Source: a virus. Taken from it: 64,000 nucleotides of DNA. Shown here piece by piece: positions 51,101-58,700 of this stretch. The DNA lies in IMG/VR virus record IMGVR_UViG_3300021364_000009, positions 32,572 through 96,571 of that record, one strand, 5' to 3'. Numbering within the stretch: the first letter of the stretch is position 1; each line of letters starts with the position of its first letter. The notes below the pieces were generated by a model. It searched no databases, had not been told where the DNA came from, and saw nothing but the letters and a program-made list of their open reading frames with translations. Both the position numbers and the translations under genes were made by a program.

Positions 51101-54100
51101 AGTAATCCTGATGTAGAGGATGATAAGATTTTACCTATGCGACCACAATCTCCAATCTTAGAGATGACTGTGGACGCTAACTCAAATGGAAAAAACATCC
51201 TTAGCGGAAATAACCAATACAATATAGACTCTCATCTTGGAGACTCCTTCATAACGGATTCATCTTATAACTCCCATGCAAGGAGCATCTATTTTGGAGA
51301 GTACTCAGGAGTCAGATATGACTCTGAACATCACACCAATATTTGGATGGCTCTCCAATACTTAGATGATGACAAAAATCTAAAATGGATGGGCTGGTGT
51401 CTTGACTCTAGTTCTTTGAGTTTATTTAATGACCTGAGTAAAGGCTTAGGTGTTTTTGGACTTGTAACGGCTTTAAGAGCCAACCCTGTCTACAATGGTA
51501 GAGTATTAGGTAAGTATTTCCACGACATAGGATTAAGTGCTTGGGCAGATAACTATGATGTTCAGTTCTTAAAGTGGGAGCCGAAAACTTCCTATTACGA
51601 CGGTTACTCTAAGTACACCATTCCGACGAATATCACCACCGCAGAAACAGGCTCTAGGGTTAATTGTGGTGTTTCTTGTACCATTGATACAAGTGTTTTG
51701 ACGAAAGACCAAATTGAGACTGTTCTTGGTCGAGGTACATTCTTAAATGTAGACCTTCTTTTCAATAATCAAGGTTATTTCGGAGATGATTTCTCAAGTG
51801 TGAATTTCCCCGACTTAGAAACCATAGATACTTTTGGTGCTCAGTTTGAGCAGAACTTTATTTTATATAAAGGGCTATATTACCGTAGAGGCGTCAACAC
51901 TAATGTGTGTGTTTCTCATTTAGACAAGAACAGTTATTTCCCTAACGTACTCACAGCACCGACTTCAAAGTACGTTGTGAGAAATAGTACGTCAGCAGAC
52001 TTTGCTACGGACATATATACTCTTAATGATGGGTCGAGGTCTTCAGACTCAGCTACTGGAGGTATAAGGTGGGTCTTCTCAAGTCCTCTCTTAGAAGAAA
52101 ATGTAGGTTCATATCTGCATCTTACAAAGCAAAGACCGTATCGCTTTGGAACCCCAACCTTCTCTCAGAAAAATGCGTTAAATTCTCACCGAAATCGTCA
52201 AACAGGTGCAACTGAGAGTACGCTTGTAAATCCTTTTGGTTGGACTTCAGGTTATCAGAACGAAGCAGACATTCTTAACGGAGAACAGCTTGATCTCTCT
52301 ACAGACATCTTCAGAATAAACAGATGTCCGACTACAGGAGATATACTCGTTGGGGGGGACTGTGAGTCCTATGCGGTGGAAGATATTCTTTGCAGAAGCC
52401 GAAAAGGGTTTACTAAGAAAGGGCTAGAAATATCTTATTCTCCCCTTTCTGTAGGAGGAAATTGGCCAGACTCAGTGACACAAAACCTGCCAGATACGGG
52501 TTCTTTGAACTATCCAATCATGTACGCTCTACAGCCTATTGCGAGAGAAAGAATTGTTACGATCAATCCGAGCAGTGCTAACTCTTCAATAGTCTTAGCG
52601 AGAGGTCAGCATGGTACTGCACCTATGGTAATCCCTGCGAACCCCTTAGCGATTGAGACAGATGGTGCTCTTTCTCTTACAGGTGTAGGTAGTTTCTCAA
52701 ACCCAAGCGGGGACTTCTCACTTAGTAATCATGACGGGGAATATTATGTATCAGACCCTTCAACTACGGGCATTTCTGTTTCTTTGTCAACTAATGGATT
52801 GAACGTAGACGAGTACGGTAAAGACTATCATTGGGGTGAGAAGATTCTTATGGATGTTTCTCGACCTTGGTTGTTGCTTGGTAGAGAAAACGCCATGCAA
52901 ACGCATGACCAATACTTTATTTCTCCTACAGTAGCGGAATCCACAGAAGGAAACCCACAAGACTTGCCTGTAAATGTTTTTGGTGAGTATAACAACAGTG
53001 CAGACCTTTACAAAATAGAACAAGGGAACGCTGAGGATGGGTCACAAGAGCTTTATACGATAAATAGCTATTTCCCTTCGAGTGCAATATATACTTGGTG
53101 TCCGGCTGGAGAGTGGTGGCAGATTCAGACGCCTCTTTATTCTTATGCTCAGTCTGATATTGACGGCTACGCCAAGAGGAAAACCCCTATTTCTCCAACC
53201 ACACCCCCACCTACTTTAAGAATTGATCTAACAGAAGCATTTACACAGTCTGTTTCAGCAGGTAGTGGTTTGAACACCCCTTACGCAGGGAAGGCTCCAA
53301 GAGGATCAAGGCTTAATAGAATTTGGGTGAATTTTGGGTTGGATGGTGACGCATCTCCTTTACCAGGATCACCATTTAACAAAGACCATGAAGAGTATAT
53401 AGAGAATACAGGAGGGACTAACTTAAATGACACAGTATTAGGAAATACTGAGGTCAAAAAAACCATTAAAACATTAAGTGATGGCGTTGGTGAATTGTCT
53501 GAATCTATGTTTAGGTCTCTTAACAAAAAAGCAACAAACCGATCTATTACTTTTAATCTTGTAGTCGAATTACCCGGTTCAGTTGCATCTTCTCAGGAAG
53601 ATTTTGAATTTGGATATACCTCACAATTAGATGTCGGGGTGAGATATAACCAAGACTGGAAAGATTTCATCGGAGAAGACTATGAGTTTAGTAGTATAGG
53701 TGGCTCTAACGGAAGTACATTTGGAGGCAGACTACCCACAGGGGCATACAGCCATTCAAACAATTCTGAAGATAAGAGGGTAAAGCATGATGATTACTCA
53801 AACCATATCCCAACAAATCAGTCTCAGTACTTCGGAGGTACAATCGTAGTTCCTCTCTATATAAATAGAGAAGCGGGGGACATGATGCCCAATATTATGG
53901 AGAGGTTTGTAAACGTAGGTCCTGCTCGATTTAAGGATGTAAACTCTTCCTCCCCTATTCCTTTCTCACTCAATCAGAATAAGCACCTCTACCATTCAGA
54001 CTGGTCTATAGGAGATTGGTACAGAGGACTCGGCACAACACCAATGGATACGAACGCATATCTTTACGATAAGAATGTGCATTATACGCAATTTTCTGAT

Positions 54101-55036
54101 AGTGAATTTTTGTATCCTTTTGGAGGTCAAGGTACGAGACTAGAGATGGAGATTAATTCTATAACTCCTGTGGTTTGGGGTTCTCAGAATTTCTATTCAA
54201 GCTCTAATGAAGATTTCTACACCCCTCGCACCCAGGGCGACATACTCGAATCGAATACTAAAACCAATAAGGGTATCACCAATTCCTCTTACATGACTTT
54301 CTCAGATATACGTTCAGCAGGTGTCCTAGCTTCTTCAATGCCTAGAAGCTCTAGGATGGGGGGTGGAGTAACCTCTTCCTTCACCTCGGGACTGATTCCA
54401 GACACTCGATTGTTTGATCCTTTTGCATCTTTTGTCCCCTCACCACTTGCAATACATGCACCGGCTACCACAGGTATTACGATTGCACATGGTGGTGCAT
54501 CGTCTTTAAATTCATCCTCTAACAGAATTGATAACTACTCCACTAACGGAGTAGATGGCATAACACCTGCGAACACAAAAACAAGCTCTTCTCACAACTC
54601 ATTTACAGTGGCTTTGACTCCTGTGGGAGATAGCTTCAAAGCTCCAACAGGATATATAAATATGCCATCTATTACAGGTGGGGAGAACAGATTCGCAGGT
54701 TATTTTTACAAAGATTTCGCCAATGTAGATCATTGGGATTTCGGAAGGTATGGGAGAACCTTAGAGACAAATACAGGTACAGAACCTAAAGACCGAAGAT
54801 TTAAGGTAGGTAATTGGCTAGATAATATTTTGAGAGCGTATGGAATTCCAGCCCAAAGTGGTTCAATGCTACCGCCAGGTGCGAGAGTATTCTTAGAAGC
54901 AACTGTGCCTTGGTCACATAAAAACACAGATACCAACAATGGAACTTGGATTTCTTCAGTAAAATGTTCATTTGAAGTAGAAACCGCAGATGGTACTGCG
55001 TGGACTCAAGACGTGAACACTATGGGAGAAGATTAA
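42146..55036 (+). CDS. giant 4296-aa putative tail/fibre structural protein
   Basis: Uninterrupted 12.9-kb ORF, GAGG SD, S/G/T/N-rich beta-type composition, inside the tail block. Confidence 0.75.
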   Translation: MASDLDRLKKASLNTQATNNTESEHYSRNRTVRSEEIKSGLSRFEGSWASDFSFGVSNKKDTHPLPSIKTGLGLQGYGDIDFIPYVENTNRIGLEGEATLGSPISFEVIGPTLKSPLVDWTWQIARYSDGEYLILWDAGSGTIPSLYGINDNSNLAYPYSNISDDEGLYVILRSFGRDLDYLDGDRERTPYHIFKVAENGVLDYSVKISSDTPISDVLDYSTDNTIAGVTFVRKVASRMFCVPSSNRQTFFVMPPEKSLSLDIEPPFEAWLDGSFDGLGKSGSVETYGNRSNLPVLSPLQYEGVEIFNGIILNVSTPAVSTFKIYVDDEFSKGSNILDGKTGLETQQLLGTLFKVGYVIRVVSIEEEASNRYLGYFEITDIQLSGGSASGRSPLELTLKGVTTQNHISGNISWDIASADSQYDIKFTVHESVSDLLSKSNPQPHEIDSTRIKSLISPLHSDRSSNVRPTMMRANDCTWGEGEISNLLDLGFKAVIYNPKLQGSNLVADFNSPVDSNLYEIDYEGATIYFHEEVVQEDKYLNHAQNPTGSPVLFISCVPLSQNASFGNRFTAKEEGIVKGAFKTPTIKNILSGDTATFGKTLSEIPDFPSSVYLPGISLGEIPSTGAIEFRKDLSQFGTENVEYVTATYNLVTSHLEGVVLKISSTTQIGDSMGTYGLSNPLHIEFVRNPSVSFRESIYAGLSLRTEEVTFAHGLISLDERGNQTLEVSGLSTEESSILYDSSENKWEISGDYNVNLSVTRGDLVASNVVEFDNSDLTIAPYSQSLKISSSTSFNEPGCSFTFTTEDGFGNHEDLRGYYLNTEAVTIITKETLSIPPNNRIVFGLDYIPDCHNPFASEWYKSELHVEVVGSEEVGDFLKSALPSEKQPAISYDASDVNDGHVSITGRNACIYPAYALVETAQIYEISAEIHAQLGGTYTLPASRYLLSLESTEPGLEDRWVSLVVNNEAISFDTDDYVDVVSMLEYIAEKLNKDLYFGHSARLLDRAGFYDSQGQDWDGTNYTSNGGLDASIKGTAGDQYGERQILWVSPSDVRHPKFSEFSLTNYASHTLALICTGRGASKSLNGTLDEMKEQSILQENRLINVIASIGEIDQSFMWYIFKDGLTKFNRIGYYHREETLADNTTATGNPTVMGQTGNLALGFPSEGILPLGRLLGESFRIKAQNTTYDGRCDFEVGFVDDPTGRPAYYPIRSNLTLSYDSTYLTSGLPDKASESSDFAIQNSWLDNQSFAFEGSSYETPDFRNYAWVSRDYFSKLIYDGATPYNQDPSVGGYVEIHATFSATPKERSYFYGSYLGDNDNNLGHEDYVAKIDSSKFITPLIDRSVLQKGDLFYIAGSDSQPSHHKATIISVVNESVYSENTKISLRVLMQAVGSQFGGFSQIKPSFRPSVSEIVLEDGKFRPNYLNFTYKSASLVVGNNVLWNEGNIKSLLNTQSVADYASPNNTERSSSAVDGGFGTFGSQSATLISGGRVGLFTGLPLSQTGISFASITGGHTSGQYIEVDPTYSNYEKKSYRVFETFLDHGVFPFVSLPSGSGSDNVGTLGHLSSDSTKKSNYKGAVFGGTAGLRVSGDIQLYVKNARPFGTDRYTAFIVHSDNAPATTTDYLIGNSRVTESINEYWKDWEPSTTGSIGYFSQNGRNSQQRGAGAHMPAGVGLFGYNNTFGGVNGANASVRRTATVSLGLTIADLKGISASLGQNLVDQMEDQGKLNPFIGENNDRSASKTGETLFEIGQSSVSDFNTMTLPALRGSYLYLESKGLDQSDGYYKIIDVPVISPIDASSQESKFGSENTLHGYISDYNSKVRNSLSAIVANVTVRVESNRYLSEIPNESNNSRITRVDQITPPQNKIRDTYDNLTNSYKWRILHHAGNAAGTNFQQVYVFDVENSGGSPTSSSSDLQGIEISPRALGKQSLPAELIPLATSDSPSDTPTELTTPNNLSPLSYDPKNFTMRLLGVHRNMDMRGKTSSVAFVCLEDEASYDFFQGDAGGEEIRTQTPISDLVEVVGNTPARLVVYSSERSDRLDESYAITTKRRFESGESGFVSLGYPERMGLGIVLDGGLGVVSGNAVRVHPQKGSTDSLGALLLYSFPYADPRDDVRDGDAVSLPSRFNRTEFYGDVVVAGYNSDIVIEDSRSAEGSFARINENEASASTVRNQQSLTISYASLSNQMRVTHQNKNDFLTDGSFSEYIDFFLDSEIGNYFRKLDLGNGNFYNYIESNLFRNIPAPPLPNDTLFPWTNVGVRVKSSGGLVYERAFRPQDATGSDVVVSHSKGAKSDRGIKGLEIPAFGECLLLPKGPPTLGGRVLENSEGAKIRIGNTPTDLPLYEFYNGPTRLNYGGTHAISIGNVLQEHGVYGRPGFPTTENEKQLLFAPKGNNSQSDPIEYDPGILSQAYHHSRSNGSDEWGGRKEILTPKSNKLYGYLALLKFSGGSFNFTNAPSGRPYYFDQYFSLFYVYRGKVVYIELDLIEDAFQPLPIERRTGDKPEYQYVNTGNNTQSSVIGRDVYGSHTSDVSRTIEPNFSFYVPDGIQHVFVEVKGRNDNPLSANQNTGWNIYSAHGLLLSTKSSVTLTLPPENTSNALVSGANALDYWEYISPHNHNLGSLATSVEHKFLDYSGRAWFYAPNGSISNFEEILHSINWTANNFAPVLSGKAALKYSYVRILGSYTQLNDLCYGTNTGITPFADNNEVFDRVFEVPDSDVNSEVYEEGSERVNSNLQVRLLDGMVLEDVTTGTFYTVGEIGRYRGWHSHMKPTSQVGDYVHYEHGMHLLDQTQHTPEMEEIYGSPLIRNANFGSIISSNGHSSPEILTDLSSHFNYERSMYGYLNEDSYPTTQRKNGFGDIVDNGYVRRPLLGHKFRVVPNVEFVPVLGYRSVRGGLCVPYDPSTSYQGYIKNADAVLFDANYSFLKTDIGKKIYICGTYEYGYVGWWVVTDVISNYVINPTMTGSSETFEVAVVRKIKRSGEYLSNPDVEDDKILPMRPQSPILEMTVDANSNGKNILSGNNQYNIDSHLGDSFITDSSYNSHARSIYFGEYSGVRYDSEHHTNIWMALQYLDDDKNLKWMGWCLDSSSLSLFNDLSKGLGVFGLVTALRANPVYNGRVLGKYFHDIGLSAWADNYDVQFLKWEPKTSYYDGYSKYTIPTNITTAETGSRVNCGVSCTIDTSVLTKDQIETVLGRGTFLNVDLLFNNQGYFGDDFSSVNFPDLETIDTFGAQFEQNFILYKGLYYRRGVNTNVCVSHLDKNSYFPNVLTAPTSKYVVRNSTSADFATDIYTLNDGSRSSDSATGGIRWVFSSPLLEENVGSYLHLTKQRPYRFGTPTFSQKNALNSHRNRQTGATESTLVNPFGWTSGYQNEADILNGEQLDLSTDIFRINRCPTTGDILVGGDCESYAVEDILCRSRKGFTKKGLEISYSPLSVGGNWPDSVTQNLPDTGSLNYPIMYALQPIARERIVTINPSSANSSIVLARGQHGTAPMVIPANPLAIETDGALSLTGVGSFSNPSGDFSLSNHDGEYYVSDPSTTGISVSLSTNGLNVDEYGKDYHWGEKILMDVSRPWLLLGRENAMQTHDQYFISPTVAESTEGNPQDLPVNVFGEYNNSADLYKIEQGNAEDGSQELYTINSYFPSSAIYTWCPAGEWWQIQTPLYSYAQSDIDGYAKRKTPISPTTPPPTLRIDLTEAFTQSVSAGSGLNTPYAGKAPRGSRLNRIWVNFGLDGDASPLPGSPFNKDHEEYIENTGGTNLNDTVLGNTEVKKTIKTLSDGVGELSESMFRSLNKKATNRSITFNLVVELPGSVASSQEDFEFGYTSQLDVGVRYNQDWKDFIGEDYEFSSIGGSNGSTFGGRLPTGAYSHSNNSEDKRVKHDDYSNHIPTNQSQYFGGTIVVPLYINREAGDMMPNIMERFVNVGPARFKDVNSSSPIPFSLNQNKHLYHSDWSIGDWYRGLGTTPMDTNAYLYDKNVHYTQFSDSEFLYPFGGQGTRLEMEINSITPVVWGSQNFYSSSNEDFYTPRTQGDILESNTKTNKGITNSSYMTFSDIRSAGVLASSMPRSSRMGGGVTSSFTSGLIPDTRLFDPFASFVPSPLAIHAPATTGITIAHGGASSLNSSSNRIDNYSTNGVDGITPANTKTSSSHNSFTVALTPVGDSFKAPTGYINMPSITGGENRFAGYFYKDFANVDHWDFGRYGRTLETNTGTEPKDRRFKVGNWLDNILRAYGIPAQSGSMLPPGARVFLEATVPWSHKNTDTNNGTWISSVKCSFEVETADGTAWTQDVNTMGED

Positions 55037-55752
55037 TGATTATTTTTACTAGGTCTGACAATAAACCTGTTCAGACTACTCGACACTTAAACGAAAACAT
55101 TGAGATGAATGGGAAATACGTTGTGGATTTTCCCGACTGTATCAGAGTAGATAGGCTTGATGGGACGCCATTGGAAATAGTGTCGAGAGAGGTGGAGCCT
55201 CAGTTTTTAAAGCAGTATCCTTCCTACGACCACGTTATCTATAACCCTATCATTCACAACTATGCCTTTTTAGACAGTTCTCAGAATTTCCCATTCTCCA
55301 CAGGGCAGACAGCTTCAAGATATAAGATAGGGGAGACACCTAACTCTTTTGCAGTGTTACCCGTGAATACGAGCACCTCTTGGAAAGGTGTTGCAGTAAC
55401 TCAGAGTATAAACATTTCTGCACAGACCGACGACGGATTGGGAAGAGAAACCTTTCTTCTTTATTGGAGAGCGGTAAGAAAAATAGTAACACACGATCAG
55501 TCACCGCTTTCTCCCGAACCTTCTGTGAGTTTTCTTGGCAAAGAAAACAACCCTTCTCGAATGAAATATGTCGAAGCAGAAGAAGATTCTCAATACTCAG
55601 TTTATATTTCTAACAATGACGGCAACACATACGAATTAGCAAAGAGGCTTACTCCCGTAAGTTTTGAAGAAAGAGCAGAAAATATAAGAATCGCTTTTGT
55701 GAATCACTCTTCTGAAGACATCTTCTTTCTCTCGTATGCCCTTATGTTTTAA
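55036..55752 (+). CDS. hypothetical structural protein
   Basis: ATG overlaps the upstream TAA (TAATG); GGGAG SD. Confidence 0.7.
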   Translation: MIIFTRSDNKPVQTTRHLNENIEMNGKYVVDFPDCIRVDRLDGTPLEIVSREVEPQFLKQYPSYDHVIYNPIIHNYAFLDSSQNFPFSTGQTASRYKIGETPNSFAVLPVNTSTSWKGVAVTQSINISAQTDDGLGRETFLLYWRAVRKIVTHDQSPLSPEPSVSFLGKENNPSRMKYVEAEEDSQYSVYISNNDGNTYELAKRLTPVSFEERAENIRIAFVNHSSEDIFFLSYALMF

Positions 55753-55766
55753 GGAGAATATGTAAA

Positions 55767-58700
55767 ATGGCTGAGAACTACGGAAATAATGTATCTAATG
55801 TATTAGAGACTCTTAAATATAACTTCTCCAATGTAGTTTGGCAGGCAGGTAAGCCTCCACTCGATAGTGAATTGAACTTAGTTGGTCAGGTAAATTGGGA
55901 AAACCAAGCAGAGCATCTAAGAAATACGACACATAGTGGATTTCTTTTAGACCCTTTAAGAGCACAAGAAGACTTCTTCTTCTATGAAGAATCCTCGAAT
56001 TATTTTGAGATCAACAGAGGGTTAGACAACCCTCTTGTAGCTCTCGTAAATGGTTGGGTAGTTCCTGTTATTGGGTGTAACTCTTCAGACGGAGTTAAGA
56101 ATGTCATCACACTGCCACCCCCTCCGACTACAGAAGCAAGGACAGATGTAGTATTTCTTGAGGTTTGGAGAGCGGTTGTCTCTCCTAATGATAGTACAAA
56201 TAAGCCAGAAGAAAATGCTATTTATCCATATGGGAATGTTCAATATACACATTCTTCTTTAGCAGACGAAATGGTAGATGCAAACGTAGGTTTTGAGACA
56301 ACCAAGCGAGTGCAAGTACAATACAGACTCAGAGTTACAGAAGGAAATAACTCAATAGAAGAATACCTAGAAGGACTCGGAGCCTCTGATCTTTATGCAC
56401 AAGGGGCTTCTAATCTTCCTGTTATGGGGTACACCTTCTCTAATATGGGAGAAGAGCTTGGGGATGTAGGGTTGTGGAGAGCAGGTTCGGGAGATGCTCA
56501 GAGTAAAACAGATTTAGGGTCTGTAGACGGATATGTGTATTCCATACCTGTTTGTGCTGTCTTCCGTAGAAATAGTGGAGGATATACAGCGGTAGAGTTA
56601 AATAGTCTTCACCCTAGCCATAACGGTTCTGTTACAAGAACTCCAAGTGGGACAAAAGGCTTATTACAAAACATAACTCTTTTGAACACATTAGGTGCTT
56701 CTGACATTGGGAATATCCAAGTTCAGAATTTAATCGGCTCAGGTTTTGACGACGTACTTTTCTTTGAAGGCGGAGACACTCTCTTTGCAAAAATCGGAGA
56801 AGGGCTACAAGAAGAAATAGTAAAGCTAGACGGTATTTCTACCGCAAACTCGACTATTTCTATCGTGTCAAGAGGACATGGCGGTACACAAGCCAAGCCC
56901 CACCAAGCAGGCACTTCCGTTAAGAGATTTATAGAGCGTTCAGACAACTTATACGCAGATCAAGTACATCAAGATGATCTTCTTGATCTGCGTCATGCTG
57001 TAAATATAGGTAGTTGGGACTATACTCAACTCTTAAACAATGCTGTTTCTGATCTTCTTACTAACAATCTTAGAACGACAATGAAGCAAGCAGGTACAGG
57101 CAGTTTCTCCAAGGGTACAGTCATAGAAGAAGTTTCCGTTTTCTCTACAGACAACACCTTTACTTATTGTACTGTCCGAGACCAAGCAAATGCCGTCCGT
57201 ACTGTTTGGTCTGATGCCTCTGCTTTTCAGAGTGACATCACCTGTTTAATTGATCTATCAAACAGTAACCCCCTAGATGCACAGGGTCTTGACGTAAATA
57301 GAAAGCTCACTTGGACAATCGGTGCAGATTTTCAGCCTAGAGGTTTTTTTACAACAGGAAGAACAAACGGCACATGTTTATTCTTTAAGATCGGTGGAGA
57401 GAGTGGGACAGGTGGACTAAGATACGGAATTAACCAAAATCAGTCTACGGTTCGTTTTGTCTCTCCTAGAGAAATGGAAGGAAGATTTAATCCTTTTAAG
57501 ATTTTCTTCCCTGATTATAACAGACCTAATGCAGAGACTGAGGCTGGAGACCAAGGTCTTTATACCTCTCCAACAAAAGAAAGCGACTTTGAAGAACCCT
57601 TCATCGTTTTAGGTGGTTCTTTTCTCCCTAACACCACCTCTGCTGTGTTGGGTACTCAGATTTTCAATAGTACATTTAATGGGGAGAAAATTTGGGTTAT
57701 TAAAACCAACACTAATTATACAAACGTCAAAGACAACTTGGTGCTAAATGGGTCAACTACGTTAAGCCGACTTATTACAGATGAAGGTAAATATCCTTCG
57801 GGTTTTTATTCACAAGCTTATCTTGTAGCATACGGCGACGATGACCAAGAGACGAACAACGGGTGTTTTAAGATTATCGGAGCCTCTGATATTACGCCTA
57901 TCAATTCTTCTTTAGACGCACCGATGGCGGATGTGGATTTACCTTTCTGCTTATTTCTGAAGAGAGTAGGCTCTTCAAACGCAGACTTCGCAAACAGTAC
58001 TGCTACTCTTTCTTTAGAGATGAGAACTCAGAGATTAGACTCAAGAGACAACGATAGTTGTATTGTGTTTACTTCTGTTGAGGATGTTGACACCAACCAC
58101 AACTTCCCCGACAGTGCCGACAGAGAAGTGGATATGGTTCTGTCTACTTCTGTACTGTGGCCTCCTGCACATGGGGCTATGTCTCGAACTTTAGACTCTA
58201 TTTCTAGGGTGGGCATAAAAAATATTTCTCAGAGTTTTGTCCGAAACGCTCCAGCAGGTTTAGATCAGGACACCGCATTTAATTTTTATCCTGAGAACGA
58301 AATATATCTCCCAACGGAAAACCATATTTCTACATGGAGTCGTTTATCTTCTGAAGGAATGATTTCAGGTGAAGGTGGAAGTGCAAACTACGGTGGAAAT
58401 ATCGTTAATGGGGAAATAGATAAGGAAGCAGAAGCTTTCTATGACTTAGGTTCTAAGACTTTAGTTCTCAGACCTATCTCATATCAATCTATGAAGATTT
58501 ACCGACACGATCTGGCTACCGTGGATGCTACAGGCTCTGCGTATGCAGGTTGGTCTTCAAACCCCAATCCGCCACTCTTAGACAATAAGGTCTATTTAGT
58601 ACCCCATGAGGTCATGCCTAGATTTGGAAGGCAAGATATTCCTTACCATGTAAAAACAGGTGCTACAGACCTCTTCATGGAAGGTATTAACCACCTTTTC

